Part shown: piece by piece, positions 29,673 to 38,651 of the stretch
How positions within the stretch are numbered: position 1 is the first letter of the stretch
Layout of the letters: each line of letters starts with the position of its first letter
NCBI GenBank assembly: GCA_963827515.1
Contig: CAWHBF010000021.1
Location: 290,067-354,066, forward strand
Direction: 5' to 3'
DNA: 64,000 nt
DNA from: an uncultured Acidobacteriota bacterium
GTDB taxonomy: Bacteria > Acidobacteriota > Vicinamibacteria > Vicinamibacterales > UBA2999
Program-made: the position numbers and the translations under genes
Notes under the pieces: model-generated
The model's input: the letters and a program-made list of their open reading frames with translations, nothing else
The model's database searches: none
What the model was told of the DNA's origin: nothing

Positions 29673-30434
29673 ATGATCCTCAGATTCGGAGCTGCGACCG
29701 ATCAGGGACGGGTCCGTTCCCGCAACGAAGACCGCTTCATTGCAGACGGGAACCTGGGCATTTTCGCCGTCGTCGATGGCATGGGCGGTCATTCCGGGGG
29801 TGAGTTCGCATCAGCCACGATTAGCGAGGCCGTGGCGTCGTTCATCAGGGAGTCGGCCGAAGACTCGGACATGACCTGGCCAACCGAACTGGACGCAAAC
29901 CTCTCGCCGCTCGCCAATCGGCTGCAGGTTGCCGTCCGTGTCGCCAACAGGACGCTGGCCGCCCGCGTACGTGAGCGGGGCGGCATGGAGGTCAGCGGCG
30001 CCACCGTTGCGGCCGCACTCTTTGGTGACGATCACGTCGCCGTCTCTCATGTCGGCGATTGCCGCGTCTACCTGCTCGGAGAGGGCCATCTCGTGCCAAT
30101 CACGCGCGACCACTCGCTGGTCGCCGAGCAGATTGCGCAGGGGCTCATCAACGAAGAGACCGCCAAGACCCACCCCTTGCGCCACGTCGTCACCCGGGCG
30201 GTTTCGGGTCAGAGCGGCATTGCGATCGACACGATCGATCTGGAGGTTCGGCCCGGAAACCGCTTGATTCTCTGCTCGGATGGAATCCACGGCGTTCTGA
30301 CCGATAAAGAGATCGCCGCCCTGATGTCGGCCACTGAGCCGTCGCTGGACGAAGTGTGCAAAACGGTGATCGCGGCGGTCAATGCCCGTGGCGGGCCAGA
30401 CAACGCGACCGTGGTGGTGATTGAGACTGGTTGA
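29673..30434 (+). CDS. PP2C-family Ser/Thr protein phosphatase
   Basis: ATDQGRVRSRNEDRF, VVDGMGGHSGGEFAS, LCSDGIHGV and GGPDNATVVVIE are PPM motifs. Confidence 0.9.
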   Translation: MILRFGAATDQGRVRSRNEDRFIADGNLGIFAVVDGMGGHSGGEFASATISEAVASFIRESAEDSDMTWPTELDANLSPLANRLQVAVRVANRTLAARVRERGGMEVSGATVAAALFGDDHVAVSHVGDCRVYLLGEGHLVPITRDHSLVAEQIAQGLINEETAKTHPLRHVVTRAVSGQSGIAIDTIDLEVRPGNRLILCSDGIHGVLTDKEIAALMSATEPSLDEVCKTVIAAVNARGGPDNATVVVIETG

Positions 30435-30473
30435 GACTGAACTCGAGTAAGTGACCAAAGACTCAGTAAGTTA

Positions 30474-32099
30474 GTGGCTATCTCGCCCACGAGAATCGGA
30501 GAATTCGACATCCTCCGCCAGATTGGCTCTGGCGGCATGGGCGACGTGTATCTGGGGCGGGATTCCAGGCTCGATCGCCAGGTAGCCATCAAGGTTGTTC
30601 GAGCGGAAGTCCGCGACCAGGCGGCGCTCGACCGGTTCTTCCGCGAGGCGCGAGCCGCCGCCGCCCTGCGCCACCCGAACATCGTCACGATCTATACGTG
30701 CGGTCAGCACGACAAACAGCCGTACATGGTGATGGAGTTCGTGGACGGCGAATCGCTGTCCGAGGTCATCCGGCAGCGCCGAAATCTGATGCTGTCCGAC
30801 AAGCTGTCGTACATCGAACAGGTCTGTGCCGGCCTCCACTACGCCCATCTGGCTGGCATCGTCCACAGGGACGTCAAGCCCGCCAACATCATGGTGGACC
30901 GCCAAGGCGTGGTCCGAATTCTCGACTTCGGCATCGCGCGGATCGAGGGATCGGCGATGACGCTCGACGGAACCATGGTCGGATCGTTGAACTACATGTC
31001 GCCGGAGCAGATGCTCGGCAAGACCGTCGACCATCGCAGCGACATGTTTTCACTCGGCTCAGTGGCGTACGAACTGCTGTGCTACCAGCAGGCGTTCAAG
31101 GGCAGCATGAACGACGGGCTCCTGCAACGGCTGCCGCACGAGGATCCTCCTCCGCTGGCCACGATTCGAAAAGACCTGCCCCCGGAGCTCGAACAGGTCA
31201 TCGCGAAGGCGCTGCAGAAGGTCTCGGACGATCGCTATCCCGACCTGGAAGCGATGCGTGCGGCGATTCTTGAAGTGAAGCGGGGTCTCGGACAAGACGA
31301 CGTCCGCACCATCGTGGTTCGACCAGTCGGGCGCGCGGCGTCGGACGCCGCGGCGCCAGCCCGCAACGAGAGTTCGGCGAAGCCCGGTGCGTCGTGGGGT
31401 GATGCTCACACCGAAGTGCCGGAGGCGTCCGCGCCACGGCCTGCATGGGCAACACCCGTCCCGACTCGCTTGGTGCTAACCCCTCGGCCGGTCGAAGCCC
31501 CGGTGACAACCCCGATACCCAGCGCCATTAGGCCGGCGACTACCGCAACGACGAAGAGGTCGTCGACGACAACGCACACCAGTGTCGAGCCGCCCTACGT
31601 ACCACCCCCGCCCGCTGAACGGACCTCCGCTGTGAAAGGGGTTCTGGTCGGCTCGATTCTGGGCATCGGCATCTTCGCCGTCCTCTCTGCGATGTCCTGG
31701 CAGGCGGCACCACCGCCGACACCCCTGGAACGAGAGCGGCCCGCGATCGGCCTCGCGCTCGAACAATTTCGAGTGGCCTATCGCACGCGCGACATGGAAG
31801 CGATGACGGTGGTGTTTCCAGTGATTCCGACGCAGACCGAACAGGCGATGCGGCGAACGTTCAACACGTGCCTGGTCTATGAGGTCATGTACGACGGTGT
31901 ACGTGTGAGCATGGACGCGAATGACAGCACGTTGGCGACAGCGGATGTCCGCAGCAGCCACACGTGCACGCCGAAATCAGGGGGCCGGGAAACGACCACC
32001 GACAGGCACGATATCCTCTCGCTTCGCAAGGTCGGTGACGCGTGGCTGGTCGACAAGACCTCACCCGTCCCGATCTCTGTGTCGCGCGGCGCGCGATAG
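30474..32099 (+). CDS. Ser/Thr protein kinase with one TM segment and a C-terminal extracytoplasmic domain
   Basis: GSGGMGDVYLG, VAIKVV, HRDVKPANIMV, DFGIA. A Pro/Thr-rich linker is followed by TM segment VLVGSILGIGIFAVLSAM and a ~140-aa C-terminal domain of NTF2-like size. GTG start. Confidence 0.9.
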   Translation: MAISPTRIGEFDILRQIGSGGMGDVYLGRDSRLDRQVAIKVVRAEVRDQAALDRFFREARAAAALRHPNIVTIYTCGQHDKQPYMVMEFVDGESLSEVIRQRRNLMLSDKLSYIEQVCAGLHYAHLAGIVHRDVKPANIMVDRQGVVRILDFGIARIEGSAMTLDGTMVGSLNYMSPEQMLGKTVDHRSDMFSLGSVAYELLCYQQAFKGSMNDGLLQRLPHEDPPPLATIRKDLPPELEQVIAKALQKVSDDRYPDLEAMRAAILEVKRGLGQDDVRTIVVRPVGRAASDAAAPARNESSAKPGASWGDAHTEVPEASAPRPAWATPVPTRLVLTPRPVEAPVTTPIPSAIRPATTATTKRSSTTTHTSVEPPYVPPPPAERTSAVKGVLVGSILGIGIFAVLSAMSWQAAPPPTPLERERPAIGLALEQFRVAYRTRDMEAMTVVFPVIPTQTEQAMRRTFNTCLVYEVMYDGVRVSMDANDSTLATADVRSSHTCTPKSGGRETTTDRHDILSLRKVGDAWLVDKTSPVPISVSRGAR

Positions 32100-32118
32100 A
32101 TCCACCGAGACCGCAGTC

Positions 32119-32418
32119 TCAACCGCCGGTGACGACGTATTCGACACGGCCGAAACGGACGATGTCGCCGGCGCGGAGATAAGAGCTCAACTGCTCCCGC
32201 CCATTGATGGCAATGCCGTTCGTGCTCCCCAGATCGTCAATCGCGAGCAACCCATCAGGTTCGGCGGTGACGCGTGCGTGCAGACGCGATAGGCTGGCGT
32301 CGTCGATGTTGATGTCAGCCTGCCGACCTCGGCCGACCGTTATGGATTGACCGGGCGGCACCTCGATCACCGGCAGACCAGATTCGGGCGCGCTCGGTTC
32401 AAGACGAAGTCCTGACAT
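32119..32418 (-). CDS. FHA domain protein (99 aa)
   Basis: ITVGRGRQADINIDDASLSRLHARVTAEPDGLLAIDDLGSTNGIAINGRE. Internal ATG 32418 chosen; the ORF-track N-terminus overlaps mltG. Confidence 0.85.
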   Translation of the reverse strand: MSGLRLEPSAPESGLPVIEVPPGQSITVGRGRQADINIDDASLSRLHARVTAEPDGLLAIDDLGSTNGIAINGREQLSSYLRAGDIVRFGRVEYVVTGG

Positions 32419-32437
32419 CTCGACAGTAAATATACTC

Positions 32438-33499
32438 TCAGCGACGCGCGGGCAAACGCGCTGCGTCCGCTTGTCTACGGAAATACAGAATCTGAAATTC
32501 CCTGACGTTGCGGTTGTGTTCGGTGAGGGTTCGAGCGAACGCATGAGACCCGTCATTGCGGCTGACGAAGTACAGGTAGTTGACATCGGCGGGCATCAGG
32601 GCCGCCCGAAGCGACGCTTCCCCAGGCGCCGCGATCGGTCCTGGCGGGAGGCCCGGGTACCGGTAGGTGTTATAGGGAGAGTCGAGCGCCAGATCCTGCC
32701 GTCGAATGTTGCCGTTGTACCGTCCCGCACGCCGCAGCGCGTACACGACGGTCGGATCGGCCTGAAGCCCCATGCCGATCCTCAGCCGATTCCGATAGAC
32801 CGCGGCCACGATCGGTCGCTCCGAAGGTGTTCCCGTCTCCTTCTCCACGAGCGACGCCAGCGTCACGACCTCTCTCGCGGTCAGACCCTGCTGGTTCGCG
32901 CTCGCGCGCAGCTCTTCGTCGTAGACGGCGAGAAACCGTTCGACCATCATCCCGATCAAGCGTGACGCTGGTGTCCCTCGGGGTAGGGCGTAGGTTTCTG
33001 GAAAGAGATAACCCTCGAGATCGACACCGGCGGTATCGACGTCCTTGACGGCCGACGCGTCCGAAGCCGCCTTGATGAACTGAGCCGAGGTACCGAAGCC
33101 ACGAGCTTCAAAAAGCTCAGCCATCTCCAGGATGGTGAGGCCCTCGGGAAACGTGATCCGCCGCGCGTGCACGTCGCCGCGGGCGATCTTGAGCACGACA
33201 TCGGTGGCAGCCATCGGACGATCGAACAGATACTCACCCGCTTTGAGATCGCGGGAGCGGCCGGTCCACCAGAGCGCGGCGCGAAACGTCCAGTCGTCTC
33301 GGACCACGCCTGCCTCGACGAGGCGACGGCCTATCGCGGTCGATCCAGCGCCTGACGGAATATCGATGAACTGCTCCGCCTCACTGGACCCCTGATAGGG
33401 CTCCTGGATGCGCGTCCACAATGCACGACCGGCAACCAGAGCGCCGACGACGCTCGCCAGGAGGAGTGCCCCGGCGGTCAGCACGATCGTCCGCTTCAC
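32438..33499 (-). CDS. mltG: endolytic murein transglycosylase (YceG family)
   Basis: 353 aa with an N-terminal TM segment and a full-length YceG/MltG-like sequence (...YNTYRYPGLPPGPIAAPG...). Confidence 0.9.
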   Translation of the reverse strand: MKRTIVLTAGALLLASVVGALVAGRALWTRIQEPYQGSSEAEQFIDIPSGAGSTAIGRRLVEAGVVRDDWTFRAALWWTGRSRDLKAGEYLFDRPMAATDVVLKIARGDVHARRITFPEGLTILEMAELFEARGFGTSAQFIKAASDASAVKDVDTAGVDLEGYLFPETYALPRGTPASRLIGMMVERFLAVYDEELRASANQQGLTAREVVTLASLVEKETGTPSERPIVAAVYRNRLRIGMGLQADPTVVYALRRAGRYNGNIRRQDLALDSPYNTYRYPGLPPGPIAAPGEASLRAALMPADVNYLYFVSRNDGSHAFARTLTEHNRNVREFQILYFRRQADAARLPARR

Positions 33500-33960
33500 G
33501 ATTCGGCGTCCTGACCGAGGGTCCCCGGGCGATGGGCGCCGATATCCAGGTAGTCCTGAAGAATGATGGCGGCGGCAGCGGCATCGAGCCTCGTCTTCCG
33601 ATCCCGCCAGTCCTTGATCCTCAAGGCCAGACGGCTTTCGGCCTCCCGACTCGTAAGGCGCTCGTCCTGAAGCGTGACCGGAAGCCCGGTCAGGCGACCA
33701 AGCTCCTCGGCGAAGACACGAACGCGAGCGGTCATGTCATTGGCAGAACCGTCGAGGCGACGTGGCAGGCCCACCACGAGCGCGGAGACGCCGTCTTCCT
33801 CCGCACGCAGACGCGCGATCTCCGCAGCCGTCGTGCGCGCGGCATCTGCCTCGAGACCAGTGGGCCGGAGCACCCCCACCGGCCTGGCGAGCGTCGCGGT
33901 CGCATCGCTGATCGCAACCCCGATGCGCCGCGCTCCGACGTCGAGCCCGACAATACGCAC
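33496..33960 (-). CDS. ruvX: Holliday junction resolvase-like / pre-16S rRNA nuclease YqgF
   Basis: MRIVGLDVGARRIGVAISD...LVVGLPRRLDGS...DERLTSREAE is a canonical RuvX sequence. Confidence 0.9.
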   Translation of the reverse strand: MRIVGLDVGARRIGVAISDATATLARPVGVLRPTGLEADAARTTAAEIARLRAEEDGVSALVVGLPRRLDGSANDMTARVRVFAEELGRLTGLPVTLQDERLTSREAESRLALRIKDWRDRKTRLDAAAAAIILQDYLDIGAHRPGTLGQDAES

Positions 33961-33987
33961 GTTATAATTGTCTCACTCTTCCACGAC

Positions 33988-35169
33988 ATGACCTTTCGCA
34001 TCACGCTGTGCATCACGGTCTTCGCACTCGGTATCGGGCTGCGGGCCCAGACGCCCAACGGCGTGTCCGCTGAGGAAGAGGCGCGTCGGATCGCCGACCG
34101 CATCCGTGGACTCCAAGCGGAATCCGATCGCCTGGCCGGTGAGGCCCGCACACTCCTCACTGACCTGCGCAAGCTCGAGGCGGAACGTAACCTCCAAGTC
34201 GAACGCGTGCGTGACGCAAAGGCCGCGATCGTCGAGATTCAGACCGCCATTGAGGGTACGGCGCAGCGTCTGCTGGCGCTCGAAGCGCAGCGCATCGCAG
34301 AGCTCCCGGCGATGGAGACGCAGCTCGTCGACATGTACAAACGTGGACGCTCCGGCTTCGCGAGACTCGTGCTGAGCGCAGGAGGTATCCGGGAGTTCGG
34401 CCGCGCCACGCGCGCCGCCGCCGCCATGCTGCGCGTCAGCGAGGAACGTGTGACCCAACATCGCGCGACTGCGCAAGCGCTCGGCCAGGAGCGTGCGAAG
34501 CTCGAAGCTGAGCTCGACGCGAGGCGCGCACGTGAGGGAGAGGCGCGTCTCGCGCAGGCGGCCGCCGACAAGGCGGTGGCGGACAGCGCCGCCCTGCTGA
34601 CGCGCGTGGACTCGCAGCGCGACGTGAACGCGCGGCTCGCTGGTGAACTGCAGGTCGAGCAGGCTCGACTCACGCAGCAGGAGGCTGACCGGGTCGCGGC
34701 CGCCGCTTTGCCTGCGGTCTCGAACGCGCCAGCGACCCCCAGCAGTGCACCAGCGCTGACCTTCGGGCCGACGGGACCACCGCGGGGCGCACTCCTCTGG
34801 CCAGTTTCGGGGAGAGTCACGGGCCGCTTTGGACGGCGCGTGACGCCGACCGAGGATCCGGCGGCAGCCAACGGCATGGAGATCACCTCGAGGGAGGGCA
34901 ACCCTGTCCGCGCGCTCCATTCGGGCACGGTGTCGTTTGCCGGTCCGCTCGCCGGCTTCGGCAATCTGGTCATCGTTGACCACGGCGACAACGCCCTTTC
35001 CGTGTACGGCTATCTGGGCTCCTTGTCGGTGAACCGTGACGACATGGTCATGAGTGGCGCGGAGATTGGGCGTGTCGGCCTGGCGCCCGCTGGGACCGCC
35101 ACCCTCTTCCTCGAGATCAGGATCGACGGACGCTCCGTCGATCCCATACAATGGTTGAGACCGCTCTGA
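33988..35169 (+). CDS. EnvC-like coiled-coil protein with degenerate (non-catalytic) LytM/M23 domain
   Basis: Signal sequence MTFRITLCITVFALGIGLRAQ and a long coiled coil. The C-terminal M23 fold lacks the metal ligands: NGMEITS in place of HxxxD, YGYL in place of YxHL, LFLEIR in place of HLHFE. Confidence 0.8.
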   Translation: MTFRITLCITVFALGIGLRAQTPNGVSAEEEARRIADRIRGLQAESDRLAGEARTLLTDLRKLEAERNLQVERVRDAKAAIVEIQTAIEGTAQRLLALEAQRIAELPAMETQLVDMYKRGRSGFARLVLSAGGIREFGRATRAAAAMLRVSEERVTQHRATAQALGQERAKLEAELDARRAREGEARLAQAAADKAVADSAALLTRVDSQRDVNARLAGELQVEQARLTQQEADRVAAAALPAVSNAPATPSSAPALTFGPTGPPRGALLWPVSGRVTGRFGRRVTPTEDPAAANGMEITSREGNPVRALHSGTVSFAGPLAGFGNLVIVDHGDNALSVYGYLGSLSVNRDDMVMSGAEIGRVGLAPAGTATLFLEIRIDGRSVDPIQWLRPL

Positions 35170-35203
35170 GCCAGTCGCGTCAACGGCCTCCAGCAAATCC
35201 GGG

Positions 35204-36376
35204 GTGTTCATGAGCTCCCGCAACCGTCTGCTCGTCCTGGCGATATCGGCCCCAATCATCGCGTTTGCGTTCGTTGGCGGCTATTTCGGCCGCGCGATGG
35301 CGCAGGACGACACATACCAGCACCTCCGGGTGTTCGAGGACGTCGTCTCCCTGGTCCTCAATAACTATGTAGAGCCGGTGGATGTCCGCGACGCGATGGG
35401 CGGCGCCATGCGGGGGCTGGCAGATAGCCTGGATCCGGAGAGCGCCTATTTGACGCCGGAACTGGTCCGAAGCCGCGAATCGAACGACCCCGGAGGTCCT
35501 GCCGAAGTGGGTCTCGACGTCACGAGGCAGTATTACCTGCGCGTGGTGTCCGCCCGGGACGGTTCACCCGCGGCCAAGGCCGGTATCCGCGCGGGCGACT
35601 TCATCCGAGCCATCGACAATCGACCCACGCGCGACATGTCGGCGTATGAAGGGAGTCGCCTGTTGCGAGGAGCGGTGGGATCCAAAGTGTCGCTCCTCGT
35701 CATCAGGGGAAACGCAGCCGACCCGCACATGGTCGACCTGGTGCGAGAGCAGGTCGCCGGCCCCGAGCTGACCACACGGATGGCGGACTCCACGACCGGC
35801 TATGTTCGGGTGGTTCAGTTCACGGCTGACTCGGCCACGCGGATCAAGCAGGCGATCGATGCTCTGGCCAAGACGGGAGCCTCTCGATACGTGATCGACC
35901 TCCGTGGCACGTCGCGTGGCGATCTGGATGAGGGGGTGGCGGCCGCGCGCCTGTTCGTCAAAGGGGGAACGCTCGCAATCCGGCTCGGCCGCGCGGATCA
36001 GCGTGAGCCGATCGCCGCACTGCCAACAGACGGCGTCGTGACCTCCCCGGTCGCACTGCTCGTCGATATCGGCACCGCTGGGGCCGCCGAAGTGTTCGCC
36101 GCGGCGCTCGACGGCAATGGCCGCGCCGATACGATTGGCACCAACACGCTCGGACGCGCCGCGCGCCAGCGACTCGTGAAGCTGCCCGACCAGAGCGGTC
36201 TCTGGCTCACCAATCAACGGTATCTCACGCCGTCTGGCACTCCGATCCACGAAACCGGGCTCGTGCCTGATGTCATCGTGGAGCTATCGGAGGTCGAGTT
36301 CGGTGCGATGCCACCGACGCCGGACGAGACGCTGCAGAAAGCCGTCGAACTCCTCGCGACGCGCCTCGCTGCCTGA
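35204..36376 (+). CDS. S41 (C-terminal processing peptidase)-like protein lacking the Ser/Lys dyad
   Basis: N-terminal TM anchor, PDZ region and S41 core. GTAGAAEVFAAALDG aligns with G[ST]ASASE (catalytic Ser becomes Gly), and TLGRAA aligns with TFGKG (catalytic Lys becomes Arg), at the exact 25-residue spacing seen in E. coli Prc S430/K455. Confidence 0.8.
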   Translation: MFMSSRNRLLVLAISAPIIAFAFVGGYFGRAMAQDDTYQHLRVFEDVVSLVLNNYVEPVDVRDAMGGAMRGLADSLDPESAYLTPELVRSRESNDPGGPAEVGLDVTRQYYLRVVSARDGSPAAKAGIRAGDFIRAIDNRPTRDMSAYEGSRLLRGAVGSKVSLLVIRGNAADPHMVDLVREQVAGPELTTRMADSTTGYVRVVQFTADSATRIKQAIDALAKTGASRYVIDLRGTSRGDLDEGVAAARLFVKGGTLAIRLGRADQREPIAALPTDGVVTSPVALLVDIGTAGAAEVFAAALDGNGRADTIGTNTLGRAARQRLVKLPDQSGLWLTNQRYLTPSGTPIHETGLVPDVIVELSEVEFGAMPPTPDETLQKAVELLATRLAA

Positions 36377-36436
36377 GCAACAGCCGCGCGCGTCATCGCG
36401 AGCGATCGCACTCCCCTACCCGATCCACTCGGCGTT

Positions 36437-36445
36437 TGTTATACT
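36437..36445 (+). promoter_or_regulatory. possible extended -10 promoter (TGTTATACT) for tRNA-Val
   Basis: TGnTATACT lies ~35 nt upstream of the mature tRNA 5' end. No good -35 element. Confidence 0.3.
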
Positions 36446-36480
36446 GACCGTTCGGGTTAAAGCCTGAATTTGCAACAGAT

Positions 36481-36557
36481 AGGCGCGTAGCTCAGCTGGT
36501 TAGAGCGCCTCCCTGACACGGAGGAGGTCAGTGGTTCGAGTCCACCCGCGCCTACCA
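36481..36557 (+). tRNA. tRNA-Val (anticodon GAC), CCA encoded
   Basis: Manual cloverleaf: acceptor AGGCGCG/CGCGCCT; U8 A9; D-arm GCTC-AGCTGGTTA-GAGC; anticodon arm CCTCC-CTGACAC-GGAGG; variable AGGTC; T-arm AGTGG-TTCGAGT-CCACC; discriminator A followed by CCA. Confidence 0.9.
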
Positions 36558-36663
36558 ATCTTGGTCTTTGGTCTCTAGTCTTTGGTCTCTGGATTCTGGT
36601 CTTTGGACCAACGACCAGGACCGAAGATCAAGAACTAGAGACCAGAGACCAAAGACCAGAGAC
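36558..36663 (+). repeat. heptad-periodic hairpin: (TYTGGTC)~7, spacer, (GACCARA)~6
   Basis: tttggtc tctagtc tttggtc tctggat tctggtc tttggac / gaccgaa gatcaag aactaga gaccaga gaccaaa gaccaga. The arms are complementary, with G.U pairs only in the + sense. Confidence 0.8.
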
Positions 36664-36680
36664 TGTCTTCCCGTCTTCCA

Positions 36681-38642
36681 ATGCCTGACGTCACCATCAC
36701 ACTACCGGACGGATCTCACCGGACGCTGCCGGTCGGCTCGGCCGTGCGCGATGTGGCCGCGGGTATTTCTCCGCGTCTGGCCAAGGCGGCACTGGCCGGC
36801 GTGGTCAACGATCGTCTGGTCGATCTGACGTTTCCCCTCGACTCTGACTCAACCGTACGCATCGTCACACCGGAAAGCCCCGAAGCGCTGGCGCTCTGCC
36901 GGCACAGCACGGCGCATCTACTGGCCGCCGCGGTGACGAATCTTTTTCCCGACGTGCAGTGCGGGATCGGCCCCGCGACCGACGAGGGCTTCTTCTACGA
37001 CTTCGTCGTCCCGCGACCGTTCGTACCCGAAGACATCGAGGCCATCGAGGGGAAGATGCGCGAACTCGCGCGGCAGGACCTCCCGTACGAGCGCCAGATG
37101 TGGCCACGCGAAGAGGCGCTGCGATTTTTCGGCGCCCGCCGGGAGCCATTGAAGGTTCAGCTGATCGACGAGAAAACCGAAGGCCAGCGTGAGGTGTCCT
37201 GCTACACCATCAAGGACCGCGCCACGTTCGTGGACTTCTGCACCGGTCCGCACGTGCCGTCAACGGGGAGGCTCAAGGCCTTCAAGCTCCTGAGCACCTC
37301 GAACGCGTATTGGAAAGGCGACGCGAAGAACCAGCCAATGCAGCGGGTCTACGGCACGGCGTTCATCGCGGAGAAGGAGCTGCAGGAGTACCTGCAACGT
37401 CTCGAGGAAGCCAAGAAGCGGGACCATCGCAAGATCGGGCGCGATCAGAAGCTGTTCATGTTCCATCCCTGGGCGCCCGGCGCCACGTTCTGGCTGCCGA
37501 AGGGAACGGTGCTGTACAACACGCTCGCCAACTACATGCGCGAGGTGCTCGTGCCGGCGGGGTACGAAGAGGTCAAGGCGCCGATCGTGCTGAACAAGGC
37601 GCTGTGGGAAACGTCGGGACACTGGCAGCACTACCGCGAGAACATGTTCCTCGTCGACAGCGAGGGCGAGCAACTCGGGCTCAAGGCGATGAACTGTCCG
37701 GGGCACTTCCTGATGTACGCGAACGAGATGCGCAGCTACCGGGACCTGCCGATCCGATTTCACGAGCAGACGCCGCTGCACCGCAACGAGGCGTCAGGCG
37801 TCCTGTCGGGGCTCACTCGCGTGCGTCAGTTCAGCCAGGACGACGCTCATTGCTTCGTGATGGAGTCGCAGATCGCCGAGGAGGTCGAACGGCTCCTCCG
37901 GCTCGTGCAACGCGTCTACGGCGACTTCGGCCTGACTCCCGAAATGAAGCTCTCCACCCGGCCGCCGGAGTTCCTCGGCACCATCGAAACCTGGGACCTG
38001 GCCGAGGCCGGACTGCGGCAGGCGCTCGAGGCGGCGGGGGTCCGTTACACGGTGAATGCGGGCGACGGGGCCTTCTACGGACCGAAAATAGATTTCGACG
38101 TCATCGACGCGATTGGACGCAAGCATCAGTGCGCGACGATTCAACTCGACTACATGCAGGCAGAGCGGTTCAACCTTACGTATGTCGGAGCCGATAACGC
38201 TCAACACCGCCCGGTCATCATTCATCGCGCGATTTTCGGGAGTTTTGAGCGGTTCATTGCCCTGCTCATCGAGCACTTCGCCGGGGCCTGGCCTCTCTGG
38301 CTGGCCCCCGTGCAGGTCGCCGTTTTGCCGATTGCAGACCGTCACCTGGCCTATACACGGACCGTTCGCGACCAGTTGGCGGCGTCGGGGATGCGGGTCG
38401 AACTCGATGAGCGTTACGAGAAGATTGGCTATAAGATCCGAGAGGCTCAACTTCAGAAGGTTCCCTACATGCTCGTCGTGGGAGACCGGGAGGCCGCCGA
38501 CGGGACGGTATCGGTCCGAAGTCGCTTCGGGGGAGACCTTGGCGCGAGGCCGGTGCAAGAGTTCGTGACCGCAGCGCTCGAGGAGATTCGCTCGAGAGCA
38601 CAGGGCGCAACGGTTGCGCCCGCCGAGAAGCAATCGGCGTAG
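36681..38642 (+). CDS. thrS: threonine--tRNA ligase
   Basis: 653 aa. TGS domain MPDVTITLPDGS..., editing-domain motif HSTAHLLA, class II core and anticodon-binding domain; full-length ThrRS. Confidence 0.95.
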   Translation: MPDVTITLPDGSHRTLPVGSAVRDVAAGISPRLAKAALAGVVNDRLVDLTFPLDSDSTVRIVTPESPEALALCRHSTAHLLAAAVTNLFPDVQCGIGPATDEGFFYDFVVPRPFVPEDIEAIEGKMRELARQDLPYERQMWPREEALRFFGARREPLKVQLIDEKTEGQREVSCYTIKDRATFVDFCTGPHVPSTGRLKAFKLLSTSNAYWKGDAKNQPMQRVYGTAFIAEKELQEYLQRLEEAKKRDHRKIGRDQKLFMFHPWAPGATFWLPKGTVLYNTLANYMREVLVPAGYEEVKAPIVLNKALWETSGHWQHYRENMFLVDSEGEQLGLKAMNCPGHFLMYANEMRSYRDLPIRFHEQTPLHRNEASGVLSGLTRVRQFSQDDAHCFVMESQIAEEVERLLRLVQRVYGDFGLTPEMKLSTRPPEFLGTIETWDLAEAGLRQALEAAGVRYTVNAGDGAFYGPKIDFDVIDAIGRKHQCATIQLDYMQAERFNLTYVGADNAQHRPVIIHRAIFGSFERFIALLIEHFAGAWPLWLAPVQVAVLPIADRHLAYTRTVRDQLAASGMRVELDERYEKIGYKIREAQLQKVPYMLVVGDREAADGTVSVRSRFGGDLGARPVQEFVTAALEEIRSRAQGATVAPAEKQSA

Positions 38643-38651
38643 GAATACTCG

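Noticed and set aside
36558-36680. T-box riboswitch or E. coli-type ThrRS operator upstream of thrS.
   Set aside because: No T-box consensus (AANNNGGGTGGTACCGCG-like) or specifier-loop architecture is present. No tRNA-Thr anticodon-arm mimic was recognisable. The leader consists almost entirely of the heptad hairpin.
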